Shown here: positions 1-13,609 of the stretch, piece by piece
Layout: each line of letters starts with the position of its first letter
Position numbering within the stretch: the stretch's first letter is position 1
DNA from: Gammaproteobacteria bacterium
GTDB lineage: Bacteria; Pseudomonadota; Gammaproteobacteria; Ga0077536
DNA length: 64,000 nt
Assembly (NCBI GenBank): GCA_963662545.2
Contig: CAXXLL010000002.1
Span: 128,001-192,000, forward strand
Direction: 5' to 3'
Position numbers and translations under genes: made by a program
Notes under the pieces: generated by a model
The model's database searches: none
Seen by the model: the letters and a program-made list of their open reading frames with translations, nothing else
What the model was told of the DNA's origin: nothing

Positions 1-627
1 CAGGTGCGCATGCAGCAGGGTTTCTTTTCCGTGCAGCAGACCTGTCCCCGGTGCCGCGGAAGCGGCAAGGTGATTGCCGATCCCTGTGCCAGTTGCGGTG
101 GCTCGGGCAAGACCCGCGGCCACAAGACGATATCGGTCAAGGTGCCGCCGGGAGTGGACAACGGCGACCGGATCCGGCTCGCCGGCGAGGGCGAACCGGG
201 ACAGAGCGGCGGACCGCCGGGCGATCTTTACGTCAACGTCGTGGTCAAGCCGCACGCCATTTTCACGCGCGACGAAACCGATCTGCACTGCGAAGTTCCG
301 ATCAATTTTGTCGTCGCCGCACTTGGAGGTGAGCTCGAAATTCCGACCCTTGCCGGTCGTGTGATGCTCAAGATCCCGTCGGAAACCCAAAGCGGCAAGA
401 TGTTCAGGCTGCGCGGCAAAGGTGTGCGTTCGGTGCGCGGCAGCGGTATCGGCGATTTGCTTTGCCGCGTGTCGGTCGAGACTCCGGTAAACCTGAACAA
501 ACAGCAGAAAGAACTGCTCAAGCAATTCGGGACCTCCCTGTCCGGTCACGGCAATAAGCACAGTCCCCGGGCGACCTCCTGGGTGGACGGTGTTAAAAAA
601 TTCTTCGAAGAAATGAAGTTATCCTGA
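1..627 (+). CDS. dnaJ: Chaperone DnaJ, C-terminal part (5' end outside window)
   Basis: CxxCxGxG zinc-finger repeats ([16 protein letters not shown]) followed by the DnaJ C-terminal domain (GDLYV, LRGKGV); sits upstream of dapB as usual. Confidence 0.97.
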   Translation, partial: QVRMQQGFFSVQQTCPRCRGSGKVIADPCASCGGSGKTRGHKTISVKVPPGVDNGDRIRLAGEGEPGQSGGPPGDLYVNVVVKPHAIFTRDETDLHCEVPINFVVAALGGELEIPTLAGRVMLKIPSETQSGKMFRLRGKGVRSVRGSGIGDLLCRVSVETPVNLNKQQKELLKQFGTSLSGHGNKHSPRATSWVDGVKKFFEEMKLS

Positions 628-631
628 TACC

Positions 632-661
632 TGCAATAGTCGGGCCGGCCCGACTATTGCA
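632..661. repeat. Perfect 30-bp palindrome TGCAATAGTCGGGCC|GGCCCGACTATTGCA immediately after the dnaJ stop
   Basis: Read directly; its right half is also the left end of the 649-984 element. Confidence 0.9.
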
Positions 662-984
662 CGAAGGCGGCCACTGCGCTCGGAGAGCTTTATGAGTGAA
701 AAAGATAAATGGAGCCATTCGACGATGTTCGAACATGTCGCAATTACTGCCGCCGCATGCGGCCTACGACGGCGCCGGCTGGTCTATGAACGCCTGGACT
801 CAGGCCAAGCTCTCGCCATAGCTACAGCTCAGAGACGAGCTCCAGACCGGCTTCTTCGCTGTGCTATCCCTGCTTCGCTCGAAGTCCAGCCGGGCCATCC
901 ATGGCCCGTCGTTCGCGGCTATGCCGCCTACCCAGACGCACCGGTCCTCAGCCGGCATCCGCCGTCCTTCAAGCAATAGACGGG
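649..984. mobile_element. Putative degenerate ~336-bp TIR element filling the dnaJ-dapB gap
   Basis: Left end CCCGACTATTGCACGAAGG-CGGC (649-671) vs reverse complement of 961-984 CCCGTCTATTGCTTGAAGGACGGC, about 20/24 match; flanks CCGG/CTAG; internal hairpins CTTCGCTCGAAG and CGGGCCATCCATGGCCCG. Confidence 0.55.
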
Positions 985-998
985 CTAGGAGATTCCGG

Positions 999-1814
999 AT
1001 GCAGCAGTCGAATACGCGTATCGCGATCATGGGTGCGGCGGGCCGCATGGGTCGAGCATTGATCGGTCTGAACGACACACGGGCGGAACTTTCCCTTGGC
1101 GCCGCTCTGGAACAACCCGGGTCACCGCATCTGGGCACCGATCCCGGCTTGCTGGCCGGTACCGATGCAACGGGAATCGAGATCGTGGACGACCTCAAAT
1201 CGGTCATCGACCAATTCGATGTCCTGATCGATTTCACCGTTCCCGAATCGACCTTGAACAATGTCGACATCTGCCGCTCGGCGGGCAAACGCATGGTCAT
1301 CGGTACCACCGGGCTCGGTGATTCCGTTCGGGATCTAGAAGAAGCGAGCCGGGAAATCGCCATCGTTTTCGCACCGAACATGAGCGTTGGCGTGAACCTG
1401 TGTTTCCGCCTCGTCGAACTCGCCGCCAGAACCCTGGGCGATGATTTCGACATCGAAATTATCGAGGCACATCACCGCCACAAGATCGACGCACCGTCGG
1501 GCACGGCAGTGAGGATGGGCGAAATTATCGCTGACACACTCGGGCGTGACCTCAAGGAATGCGCCGTTTACGGACGTGAGGGTCGGACAGGCGTTCGAGA
1601 TCGGAAAACCATCGGCTTCGAAACGATACGCGCCGGGGAGATCGTGGGTGACCACACGGTATTGTTCGGCGGCGCCGGAGAGCGCATCGAGATCACCCAT
1701 CGCACTGCCGATCGTTCGACGTTTGCAAGCGGCGCATTGAAAGCTGCGGCTTGGGTCACGACCCGGGACTCTGGCATGTTCGATATGTTGGACGTGCTCG
1801 GACTCGGTGTGTGA
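999..1814 (+). CDS. dapB: 4-hydroxy-tetrahydrodipicolinate reductase
   Basis: GAAGRMG Rossmann motif, EAHHRHKIDAPSGTA signature; start moved to ATG 999 behind AGGAG SD. Confidence 0.97.
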   Translation: MQQSNTRIAIMGAAGRMGRALIGLNDTRAELSLGAALEQPGSPHLGTDPGLLAGTDATGIEIVDDLKSVIDQFDVLIDFTVPESTLNNVDICRSAGKRMVIGTTGLGDSVRDLEEASREIAIVFAPNMSVGVNLCFRLVELAARTLGDDFDIEIIEAHHRHKIDAPSGTAVRMGEIIADTLGRDLKECAVYGREGRTGVRDRKTIGFETIRAGEIVGDHTVLFGGAGERIEITHRTADRSTFASGALKAAAWVTTRDSGMFDMLDVLGLGV

Positions 1815-1921
1815 GCGATTATCGGTGATCGCGTTTCGGCAATAGTTTTGTCCGATCGATTATTCACGCCGGCGGTTGACGTCATCTCCTGAGGTATACT
1901 CTTCCAGCATCGCTCCAAGCT

Positions 1922-1986
1922 CTAGCAGCCTGTCGGACTTAGGATGAAACTTATTCAGAGGTTCCCTAAGTCCGACAGGCTGCTAG
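1922..1986. repeat. Palindromic mini-element CTAG-CAGCCTGTCGGACTTAGG...CCTAAGTCCGACAGGCTG-CTAG containing one end of the 162-bp MITE
   Basis: 18-bp perfect IR plus CTAG on both sides; inner ACTTATTCAGAGGTTCC (1949-1965) followed by CTAA is identical to the MITE terminus. Confidence 0.85.
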
Positions 1987-2023
1987 GGGACTGGAGTGCA
2001 CGGCGTAATCTCGGAAGGACCGG

Positions 2024-3001
2024 ATGGGAATATTGCGTGCAGCCGTAATAGGCGTAGGTTACCTGGGTAACTTTCACGCGCAGAAATACGCTCAGATTGC
2101 GGACGTTGATCTGTATGCGGTCGTGGACACCGATCTAGCGCGGGCTCGAGAAATCGCGCAAAAGTACGACACTCGCGCCGTGACTGAATACGGACAAATC
2201 TTGTCGCAGGTCGATCTCGTGTCGATCGTCGTGCCGCCTTCGCGACACTATGACATCGCGTTTGACTGCCTAGCCGCCGGCATCCACACGCTCGTCGAAA
2301 AACCGGTTACAGAAACCGTTGGTGAAGCCGAGGAACTCATTCGACTGGCCAACGAACGCGATCTCGTCTTGCAGGTCGGACATCTTGAACGCTTCAATCC
2401 CCTGATCCATGGGCTCAAAGAGCGTGCGGCAGCGCCGCACCGGATCGAAGCGCAGCGTTTCGCCGAATATAAATCGCGCGGGACGGAAGTGGATGTGGTA
2501 CTCGACTTGATGATTCACGATATCGACATCGTACTCAGCATCGTCGATAGCGCCTTGATAGCTGTGCATTCCTCGGGTACCGCTGTCGTCACTAACGACA
2601 TCGACATCGCTCATGCGCGCCTCGAATTTGAGAACGGCTGCATCGCTGAATTATCCGCCAGCCGCGTGTCGCAAGAGGCAGCGCGCACCATGAAGGTCTA
2701 TCAGGACGATGTTTACTTCGTAGTCGATTACGTCAACCACGAAATGCGTGTCGGAATGGTCGAGGATGGGCGTGAAAAACCGGCCCACCGCGAGGCCAGC
2801 TTAGAGACACATATTGTTGCCGGCACGGATATCTTAATGGCGGAAATTGTTTCATTCATCGAGGCGGTCCACAGCGGTTCGGCGCCCAAGGTCACCGGCG
2901 AGGACGGCAAGCGGGCACTAGAGGTCGCGATCGAGGTCAGTCGTCGGATCAACCGCTACCGGGCGACCGGGACGACGGCAAGCGATATTCAGAACGGCTG
3001 A
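2024..3001 (+). CDS. Gfo/Idh/MocA-family oxidoreductase, GnnA-like (UDP-GlcNAc 3-dehydrogenase-like)
   Basis: VIGVGYLG, LVEKP, QVGHLERFNP, DVVLDLMIHDID motifs. Confidence 0.85.
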   Translation: MGILRAAVIGVGYLGNFHAQKYAQIADVDLYAVVDTDLARAREIAQKYDTRAVTEYGQILSQVDLVSIVVPPSRHYDIAFDCLAAGIHTLVEKPVTETVGEAEELIRLANERDLVLQVGHLERFNPLIHGLKERAAAPHRIEAQRFAEYKSRGTEVDVVLDLMIHDIDIVLSIVDSALIAVHSSGTAVVTNDIDIAHARLEFENGCIAELSASRVSQEAARTMKVYQDDVYFVVDYVNHEMRVGMVEDGREKPAHREASLETHIVAGTDILMAEIVSFIEAVHSGSAPKVTGEDGKRALEVAIEVSRRINRYRATGTTASDIQNG

Positions 3002-3046
3002 ACGCCGCTGCCCGGTATCCGCGCCTTTCCGGGTTTCGCTGTCTAG

Positions 3047-3089
3047 CAGGCTGTTGAGAAACGATAGGAAATCGTTTTTCAACAACCTG
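3047..3089. repeat. 43-bp hairpin mini-element, copy A
   Basis: CAGGCTGTTGAGAAACGAT-AGGAA-ATCGTTTTTCAACAACCTG, flanked by CTAG/CTAA; second copy inverted at 23978-24020. Confidence 0.8.
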
Positions 3090-3125
3090 CTAAAAGGCTC
3101 CGATTGCAGGTCGAGGCGCAACAAG

Positions 3126-3279
3126 TGTGCTGTCCCGTGAAAAACTTTCATAATTCGCTGGTCTTTTTTGCCCCCAGCCGCGCTCCTCCTTGTGTAGAGC
3201 CCGCAACATGGCGTCGTCGCGCCTTGCCAGCGACAAAAAATCCGGCGCGACTTACGCAACTTTTTCACGGGACAGCACA
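3126..3279. mobile_element. 154-bp MITE-like element upstream of carA
   Basis: 19-bp perfect TIR TGTGCTGTCCCGTGAAAAA/TTTTTCACGGGACAGCACA extending imperfectly to ~45 bp; flanks CAAG/CTAG. Confidence 0.8.
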
Positions 3280-3352
3280 CTAGGGTCCTTTCTTGGGTGG
3301 AGGGGCTCAAGTACAATGACGCCCGCCCTTTGAATCAGCCATAGGGTCCCCC

Positions 3353-3386
3353 AGCGGGAGCAGCCGGCCGGCTGCTCCCGCTTTGT
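3353..3386 (+). promoter_or_regulatory. Terminator/attenuator-like hairpin in the carA leader
   Basis: Perfect 30-bp palindrome AGCGGGAGCAGCCGG|CCGGCTGCTCCCGCT followed by TTGT, 20 nt before the carA start and downstream of a TACAAT -10-like hexamer (3312-3317). Confidence 0.6.
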
Positions 3387-3402
3387 ATATGCAGGAATCA
3401 TA

Positions 3403-4530
3403 GTGAGCAACGCAGCTGTTTTAGCGCTATCCGACGGCACGATCTTTCGCGGCCGTTCGATCGGTGATACGGGCTGCGGCGTTGGCGAAGTAGTTTTCAA
3501 CACGGCCATCACTGGTTACCAGGAGATCCTGACCGATCCTTCCTATGCGCAGCAGATCGTGACCCTCACCTACCCCCACATTGGTAACACCGGGATCAAT
3601 GCGCAGGACGCCGAATCGAGGCACGTATTTGCCAGTGGCCTGGTCGTGCGCGACGCCTCGATCGAGGCCAGCAGCTGGCGATCCGCAGGCAGTCTGTCGG
3701 ACTATCTGCGCGAACAGGGTGTCGTTGGCATCGCCGATATTGATACCCGCAGATTGACGCGCCTGTTGCGGGAAAAGGGCGCACAGAGCGGTTGCATTGC
3801 CGCCGGGGGGGATTATTCCGAAGCCGAGGCCTTGCTGCGGGCCCGTGAATTTCCGGGCCTCAAAGGCGCCGATCTCGCACGGGTGGTAACGACCGATGAA
3901 AGCTATCGATGGCGCGAGGGCAGCTGGGAGATTGAAAGCAACGGATATCGACCGATGCCGGAGGAGCGATGGACCGTCGTAGCCTATGATTTCGGGGTGA
4001 AGGTCAACATTCTTCGACTGCTGGCCGATCGCGGTTGCGCCGTCGAGGTCGTGCCCGCCACCGAACCGGCCTCGCAGGTGCTTGCGCGTCGGCCGGATGG
4101 GGTGTTTCTCTCTAACGGTCCCGGTGACCCCGAGCCCTGTGACTATGCCATCGAGGCGATTCGCGAGCTCGTTCAGTCCGGTACGCCGGTGTTCGGGATC
4201 TGTCTCGGCCATCAGCTACTCGCGCTCGCCTGCGGCGCCCGCACGACCAAGATGAAATTCGGTCACCATGGCGCTAATCATCCAGTCAAGGATCTCGAGA
4301 CTGGTCGGGTTCTCATTACCAGCCAGAACCACGGTTTTGCGGTCGACGAAAGCAGTCTGCCGGGCGATCTCAAGGCGACTCACCGCTCGCTCTTCGATGG
4401 CTCGCTGCAGGGGATCCGTCTCGAGGGGAAAGCGGCGTTCGGATTTCAGGGACACCCGGAAGCCAGCCCGGGACCTCATGACGTCCAGCCGTTATTCAAT
4501 CATTTCGTCGATTTGATGCGCGCGAATTGA
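3403..4530 (+). CDS. carA: Carbamoyl-phosphate synthase small subunit
   Basis: [44 protein letters not shown] motifs. Confidence 0.99.
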   Translation: MSNAAVLALSDGTIFRGRSIGDTGCGVGEVVFNTAITGYQEILTDPSYAQQIVTLTYPHIGNTGINAQDAESRHVFASGLVVRDASIEASSWRSAGSLSDYLREQGVVGIADIDTRRLTRLLREKGAQSGCIAAGGDYSEAEALLRAREFPGLKGADLARVVTTDESYRWREGSWEIESNGYRPMPEERWTVVAYDFGVKVNILRLLADRGCAVEVVPATEPASQVLARRPDGVFLSNGPGDPEPCDYAIEAIRELVQSGTPVFGICLGHQLLALACGARTTKMKFGHHGANHPVKDLETGRVLITSQNHGFAVDESSLPGDLKATHRSLFDGSLQGIRLEGKAAFGFQGHPEASPGPHDVQPLFNHFVDLMRAN

Positions 4531-4571
4531 AATCGGTCTCGAAATTCGGCACACCTTAATTAGCGAGCACC

Positions 4572-7789
<3,218 letters not shown>

Positions 7790-7793
<4 letters not shown>

Positions 7794-8266
7794 ATAAATC
7801 TCCGATGACATCCAATGGCGCACAGTCGTTGCGCGAGGAACTTCAACGGCGCAAGACCGAAGATCGGCCGCGCATATCTGCCGCGATTGCCGAGGCACGC
7901 GCGCACGGAGACCTGCGGGAAAATGCCGAGTATCACGCGGCTCGGGAACAGCAGAGTTTTAACGAAGGGCGGATCTCCGATATCGAGGGCAAGCTTTCAG
8001 TCGCGGAAATCATCGACGTCACCAAGATCAATGCCGCTGGCAAGGTGATCTTCGGAACGACGGTGGAATTGTGCAATACCGCGACTAATGAAGAAGTCAT
8101 CTACAAGATCGTCGGCGAGGACGAGGCGGACATAAAGGCGTCCATGGTTTCGATCAATTCTCCCGTGGCACGCGCGCTGATCGGAAAGGCCGAGGGTGAT
8201 CACGCGGTCGTGGAGGCGCCCGGAGGCGAGGTCGAGTACGAAATCCGGGCCGTGCGCTACGAATAA
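7790..8266 (+). CDS. greA: Transcription elongation factor GreA
   Basis: [31 protein letters not shown]; ATG 7790 overlaps the carB stop (ATGA) with GAGGAG SD. Confidence 0.97.
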
Positions 8267-8268
8267 AA

Positions 8269-8889
8269 GTGGCCCGACGGTCTTCCAGTCGGCGCTGGTT
8301 GCAGCGTCAAAATGCCGATTCGTACGTAAAAGATCGTCACACACGCGGATTTCGTTCACGTGCCGCATTTAAACTTCAAGAAATCAATCGCCGCGACCGA
8401 CTTATAGGGGTAGGTATGAGCGTGATCGATCTCGGTGCGAGCCCCGGCGGCTGGACCCAGGTCGCCGCCGGTATCGTCGGTTTGAGCGGAACTGTCGTGG
8501 CAGTGGATGTCTTATCTATGGAGCCTGTGGCCGGAACGGTGTTTATCGAGGGCAATTGCCGCGATGCCGATGTGATAGAAGCCGTGAGAACGGCTCTCCA
8601 CGGCGGTGGCGCCGATCTTGTAATGTCCGATATGGCCCCCAATATAAGCGGTGTGGCGGCGGTGGATGAGTCCGCTCAAAGCGAACTTTGCGAAGCGACG
8701 CTGGATTTCGTCCGCGAATTCCTGCGACCCGGCGGATCATTGTTGATCAAGCTGTTTCAATGCTCTGAAACGGATGCGATCGTCGATGAAATTTCGAGGC
8801 GATTTCGGGATCTCTGGCGGCGCAAACCGCCCGCGTCGAGGTCCCAGTCGCGAGAGTTTTATGTCGTGGCGAAACGATTTGGTATATAG
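8269..8889 (+). CDS. rlmE: 23S rRNA Um2552 methyltransferase RlmE (FtsJ/RrmJ)
   Basis: RSRAAFKL, DLGASPGGW, SDMAPNISG, KPPASR..SREFY. Confidence 0.96.
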   Translation: MARRSSSRRWLQRQNADSYVKDRHTRGFRSRAAFKLQEINRRDRLIGVGMSVIDLGASPGGWTQVAAGIVGLSGTVVAVDVLSMEPVAGTVFIEGNCRDADVIEAVRTALHGGGADLVMSDMAPNISGVAAVDESAQSELCEATLDFVREFLRPGGSLLIKLFQCSETDAIVDEISRRFRDLWRRKPPASRSQSREFYVVAKRFGI

Positions 8890-8957
8890 TTTTTGTAGCC
8901 GCTTCCTGATTTCAGACGTTTGCGTAAAAGCGGAAAATATTTGGGTTAAGGCATTTA

Positions 8958-10883
8958 ATGGCTAGAAATCTCGTACTTTGGATCGTCATCGCGCTCGTGT
9001 TGATGCTGGTGTTCCAGAATTTCACACCGCGTACGGGCGCTTCGCAGCCGATCGATTACTCGGATTTCGTCTCCGAGGTGAAGAGCGGCCGAGTGGCTAA
9101 AGCGACCTTGGACGGCCCGACGATCGAGATCGAACTGCACGACGGCTCCCGGCTTTTCACTTACAGTCCCGAGTCGGACAACGGTCCGATGATCGGGATG
9201 ATGCTGGACAATAAGGTACGCATTGAGGCGCAGCCCCCGGACCGACAGGGGCTGTTGATGCAGATATTCATCTCCTGGTTCCCGTTCCTGGTGCTGATCG
9301 CCGTGTGGATCTACCTCATGCGCCAGATGCAAGGCGGTGCTGGCGGACGCGGCGCATTATCGTTTGGAAAGAGCCGCGCGCGTCTTCTCGGTGAAGACCA
9401 GATCCGTGTGACTTTCAACGATGTCGCGGGCGTTGATGAGGCCAAGGAAGAAGTGAAGGAACTGGTCGATTTCCTGAAAGACCCGGGTAAGTTCCAGAAA
9501 CTCGGCGGCAAGATTCCCAAAGGCGTGCTCATGGTCGGTTCACCCGGCACCGGTAAAACGCTGTTGGCCAGGGCGATCGCCGGCGAGGCCAAGGTTCCGT
9601 TTTTTACGATTTCCGGATCGGACTTCGTCGAGATGTTCGTGGGCGTCGGTGCGTCGCGGGTACGCGACATGTTCGAGCAAGCCAAGAAGCACGCGCCCTG
9701 CATCATTTTCATCGACGAAATTGATGCGGTCGGCCGGCACCGCGGCGCGGGACTCGGCGGCGGCCACGACGAGCGCGAGCAGACGCTCAATCAACTGCTG
9801 GTTGAAATGGACGGTTTCGACGGGAACGAAGGTGTCATCGTGATCGCGGCGACTAACCGACCGGACGTGCTAGACCCCGCCTTGCTGCGCCCTGGACGGT
9901 TCGATCGCCAGGTTGTCGTTCACCTGCCCGACATTCGCGGACGCGAACAAATTCTCAAGGTCCACATGCGCAAGGTCCCGCTTGACGACAATGTCCGTCC
10001 CTCCATCCTCGCACGCGGCACGCCGGGGTTCTCCGGCGCCGATCTCGCCAACCTGGTCAATGAAGCGGCGCTGTTTGCTGCGCGCGGCGACAAGCGCCTC
10101 GTCGACATGGATGAATTCGAAAAGGCGAAAGACAAGATCATGATGGGGGCGGAGAGACGCTCGATGGTCATGAGTGCGGACGAAAAGAAGTTGACGGCCT
10201 ATCACGAGGGCGGCCATGCCATCGTCGGACGCCTGGTCCCCGAGCACGATCCTGTCTACAAGGTCACCATCATCCCGCGCGGGCGTGCGCTTGGCGTGAC
10301 GATGTTTCTGCCAGAAGAAGATCGACTGAGTTACAGCAAGGAACGGCTCGAGAGTCAGATCTCTAGCTTGTTCGGCGGTCGTATTGCCGAGGAACTCGTC
10401 TTCGGGCCTGAGGCGGTGACGACCGGCGCGTCGAACGACATCGAGCGCGTCACCGAGATAGCGCGTAACATGGTCACGAAGTGGGGATTGTCGGAAAAAC
10501 TTGGTCCGATGACCTACAGCGATGACGATGGCGAAATCTTTCTCGGACACTCGGTGACACAGCACAAGACGGTGTCGGACGAGACGGCCCATGTGATCGA
10601 CGAAGAGGTCCGTATCATCGTCGAGCGCAACTACGCGCGCGCAAAAACCATACTGGATTCGAATCTCGACAAACTGCACCTCATGGCCGAGGCCTTGCTC
10701 AAGTATGAAACGCTCGATACCGCTCAGATCGACGACATCATGGAAGGCCGGCCGCCGCGACCGCCGGATGATTGGATGGACGACGATCAACGCAGCGCCG
10801 ACAGTGCCAGTTCCAGCGACGCTTCCACGGACGAACCAGATCCTAAGGACGGAACGATCGGCGGGCCGGCCAGCCTCCATTGA
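8958..10883 (+). CDS. ftsH: ATP-dependent zinc metalloprotease FtsH
   Basis: Two TM helices, Walker [12 protein letters not shown] region, HEGGH zinc motif. Confidence 0.99.
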   Translation: MARNLVLWIVIALVLMLVFQNFTPRTGASQPIDYSDFVSEVKSGRVAKATLDGPTIEIELHDGSRLFTYSPESDNGPMIGMMLDNKVRIEAQPPDRQGLLMQIFISWFPFLVLIAVWIYLMRQMQGGAGGRGALSFGKSRARLLGEDQIRVTFNDVAGVDEAKEEVKELVDFLKDPGKFQKLGGKIPKGVLMVGSPGTGKTLLARAIAGEAKVPFFTISGSDFVEMFVGVGASRVRDMFEQAKKHAPCIIFIDEIDAVGRHRGAGLGGGHDEREQTLNQLLVEMDGFDGNEGVIVIAATNRPDVLDPALLRPGRFDRQVVVHLPDIRGREQILKVHMRKVPLDDNVRPSILARGTPGFSGADLANLVNEAALFAARGDKRLVDMDEFEKAKDKIMMGAERRSMVMSADEKKLTAYHEGGHAIVGRLVPEHDPVYKVTIIPRGRALGVTMFLPEEDRLSYSKERLESQISSLFGGRIAEELVFGPEAVTTGASNDIERVTEIARNMVTKWGLSEKLGPMTYSDDDGEIFLGHSVTQHKTVSDETAHVIDEEVRIIVERNYARAKTILDSNLDKLHLMAEALLKYETLDTAQIDDIMEGRPPRPPDDWMDDDQRSADSASSSDASTDEPDPKDGTIGGPASLH

Positions 10884-10997
10884 TCAGGTCGACGTGCTGA
10901 ATCCCTCTGCGCGCGGGTTAAGCCACCATTTAGCGAATTTCAATCTCTGTGAGAAGCGTCACGGTGATCCGGACTCGCTTCAGATTATCCTCATAGA

Positions 10998-11016
10998 TAC
11001 CGAAAACCTTTCGGTA
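10998..11016. other. Small hairpin TACCGAAA-ACC-TTTCGGTA adjacent to MITE copy 1
   Basis: 8-bp perfect stem read directly; function unknown. Confidence 0.4.
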
Positions 11017-11022
11017 CTCTAA

Positions 11023-11184
11023 GGAACCTCTGAAAAAGTCATGGCCCATCTGCCTTGCCCATGAAATCGCGGAGCCTTACGTTACGAACCTTAGCCCTAG
11101 TCCCCGCTATTACCTGCGATTCGTGCCTTGATCTGCACAATTTCATGAACCATTCAGACGCACCATGACTTATTCAGAGGTTCC
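11023..11184 (+). mobile_element. 162-bp MITE copy 1 (ftsH-glmM)
   Basis: TIR GGAACCTCTGAAAAAGTCATGG/CCATGACTTATTCAGAGGTTCC; direct repeat CTAA at 11019-11022 and 11185-11188. Confidence 0.92.
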
Positions 11185-11202
11185 CTAAATCAGGACTAAT
11201 CA

Positions 11203-12579
11203 ATGAGCGAGCGTCAACGAAAATACTTTGGTACCGACGGCATTCGCGGTACCGTCGGGCAGAGTCCTATCACGCCCGACTTCGTCATGAAACTCGGATG
11301 GGCCGCGGGCCGCGTTCTCGGAGCGCAATCGTCTGGGCGGCAAAAGGTGTTGATCGGCAAGGACACCCGGATATCCGGATACATGTTCGAATCAGCACTC
11401 GAAGCGGGCCTGTCCGCCGCGGGCATCGATATCCACCTGCTTGGTCCGATGCCGACGCCAGGCATTGCTTACCTCACCCGCACGTTCCACGCCCGGGCGG
11501 GTATCGTGATCAGCGCCTCGCATAACCCGTTCGACGACAACGGCATCAAGTTTCTTTCGCACGAGGGGAAAAAGCTCCCAGACGAAATAGAATTGGCGAT
11601 CGAGGACGAACTCGAAAAGCCACTACAGACGGTCGATTCCCGCAAGCTCGGTAAAGCGAAGCGCGTCGAAGACGCGCCCGGGCGTTACATAGAATTCTGC
11701 AAAAGTACGGTGCGCTCGGGTATCGGTTTGACTGGATTGAAGCTTGTTGTCGACTGCGCGCACGGCGCGACTTACCACATTGCACCGGCGGTCTTCTCCG
11801 AACTGGGCGCCGAGGTGATCGTTCTCGGCGGATCGCCGAACGGATTCAACATCAACGAGAACTGCGGTGCTACGGAGCCGGCTACGTTGCAGCGAGCCGT
11901 TTGCGACGCACAAGCTGATGCGGGCATCGCGCTGGATGGCGACGGCGACCGCTTGATCATGGTAGACGCCGACGGCGAGATTGTCGACGGCGACGAATTG
12001 ACCTTTATCATCGCCCGCCGGCGCCAAAACATCGGCGCGCTGGCCGGCGGCGTGGTCGGGACGCAAATGAGCAACCTCGGACTTGAGCAGGCGATCAAGA
12101 CGCTCGGCTTGGGATTCAAACGCGCAAAAGTCGGTGACCGTTACATCATGGAGATGCTGCAGAAGGATGGCTGGTCCCTGGGCGGGGAATCCTCCGGTCA
12201 TATCATTTGCCTGGATCTGACCACCACGGGCGACGGCATCATCTCAGCACTGCAGGTTCTCGAAACCATGGTGTGCAGCGCGCAGCCCTTGCACGACCTA
12301 AAGCGTGGCATGACGAAATATCCGCAGACGCTAGTCAACGTACGCATGCAAGAGAAAGTTGACGTCCTAAGTTTGCCGGAAGTTGCGCGCGCCGTAGCTG
12401 CGGCCGAGGCGCGCCTCGCCGATAGCGGTCGCGTCCTATTGCGGCCCTCGGGTACCGAGCCTGTCGTGCGGGTCATGGTCGAAGGCCGCGACCGTGCCGT
12501 CGTCGATGAACTTGCCAATGAATTGGCGCGTGAGGTTCAGAAAGCTGCGCGTCAGGCTCACGCGGACGCCGCGGCCTGA
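11203..12579 (+). CDS. glmM: Phosphoglucosamine mutase
   Basis: [29 protein letters not shown]. Confidence 0.98.
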   Translation: MSERQRKYFGTDGIRGTVGQSPITPDFVMKLGWAAGRVLGAQSSGRQKVLIGKDTRISGYMFESALEAGLSAAGIDIHLLGPMPTPGIAYLTRTFHARAGIVISASHNPFDDNGIKFLSHEGKKLPDEIELAIEDELEKPLQTVDSRKLGKAKRVEDAPGRYIEFCKSTVRSGIGLTGLKLVVDCAHGATYHIAPAVFSELGAEVIVLGGSPNGFNINENCGATEPATLQRAVCDAQADAGIALDGDGDRLIMVDADGEIVDGDELTFIIARRRQNIGALAGGVVGTQMSNLGLEQAIKTLGLGFKRAKVGDRYIMEMLQKDGWSLGGESSGHIICLDLTTTGDGIISALQVLETMVCSAQPLHDLKRGMTKYPQTLVNVRMQEKVDVLSLPEVARAVAAAEARLADSGRVLLRPSGTEPVVRVMVEGRDRAVVDELANELAREVQKAARQAHADAAA

Positions 12580-12599
12580 ACCTGTTAAAAACTTGACTA

Positions 12600-13421
12600 T
12601 TACACGTCGCGCAGTAAGGCGTTGATGCCGACCTTCGCGCGCGTCCCGGCGTCGACCCGCTTGACGATGACGGCGCAGTAGAGGCTGTGGCTGCCGTCCG
12701 CGGCCGGCAGATTTCCCGAGACGACAACGGATCCGGGCGGTACGAAGCCATGCGAGACGGCTCCCGATTCACGCTCGTAAATCTTCGTACTCTGACCGAT
12801 ATAAACGCCCATCGATATCACCGAACCCGCGCCGACGATGACGCCTTCGACGATTTCCGAGCGGGCGCCTATGAAGCAGCCGTCCTCGATAATGGTCGGT
12901 GCCGCCTGCAGCGGTTCGAGTACGCCGCCGATGCCGACGCCACCGGACAGGTGAACGTTTTTGCCGATCTGGGCGCAGGACCCGACGGTCGCCCAGGTGT
13001 CGACCATGGTGCCTGAATCGACGTAGGCACCGATATTGACGTAGCTAGGCATCAAAATGACGTTCGGCGCGATATAACAGCCGCGTCGCACCGTCGCCGG
13101 CGGTACGACGCGCACACCGATTTTTGCAAACTCCGAAGCACTCATGCCGTCAAACTTGACGTCGATCTTGTCGTAATAATTGCTGTGCCCGCCTGGCATC
13201 ACTCGGTTCGATGACAGCTTGAATGAGAGCAGCACAGCTTTTTTGACCCATTCGTTCACCCGCCATCCGTCGTCGGTCGGCTCAGCAACCCGCAACGAAC
13301 CGTCGTCGAGTTTGGCCAGGCATTCGTCGACTGCGTCGCGAATCGCCGGGCTGGCCGATTCAGCATTGAACTGATCGCGATTCTCAAACGCCTCGTCGAT
13401 GGCGCGCGCGAGGTCTGTCAT
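12600..13421 (-). CDS. dapD: Tetrahydrodipicolinate N-succinyltransferase
   Basis: [39 protein letters not shown], hexapeptide repeats. Confidence 0.98.
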   Translation of the reverse strand: MTDLARAIDEAFENRDQFNAESASPAIRDAVDECLAKLDDGSLRVAEPTDDGWRVNEWVKKAVLLSFKLSSNRVMPGGHSNYYDKIDVKFDGMSASEFAKIGVRVVPPATVRRGCYIAPNVILMPSYVNIGAYVDSGTMVDTWATVGSCAQIGKNVHLSGGVGIGGVLEPLQAAPTIIEDGCFIGARSEIVEGVIVGAGSVISMGVYIGQSTKIYERESGAVSHGFVPPGSVVVSGNLPAADGSHSLYCAVIVKRVDAGTRAKVGINALLRDV

Positions 13422-13447
13422 GATCTGTCCTCCGCCTTGTGACTTAA

Positions 13448-13609
13448 GAAACCTCTGAAAAAGTCATGGCCCATCTGCCTTGCCCATGAAATCGCGGAGC
13501 CTTACATTACGAAGCTTGCCCATAGTCCCCGCTATGGCCTGCGATTCGTGCCTTGCTCTGCACGATTTCATGCACCATTCAGACGCACCATAACTTAATC
13601 AGAGGTTCC
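13448..13609 (+). mobile_element. 162-bp MITE copy 2, inserted in the 3' end of dapC
   Basis: Same body as copy 1; flanks TTAA/TCAA; overlaps the last codons and stop of dapC. Confidence 0.92.

Noticed and set aside
861-998. N-terminal extensions of dapB (and similarly trpA, tas, mtaD, Prx5) in the ORF track
   Set aside because: Downstream starts fit SD position or family length better; the extensions run through repeat or intergenic DNA.
1876-1900. TTGACG...TATACT promoter-like pair upstream of the GnnA-like gene
   Set aside because: Spacer is only 13 bp, too short for a sigma70 promoter call.
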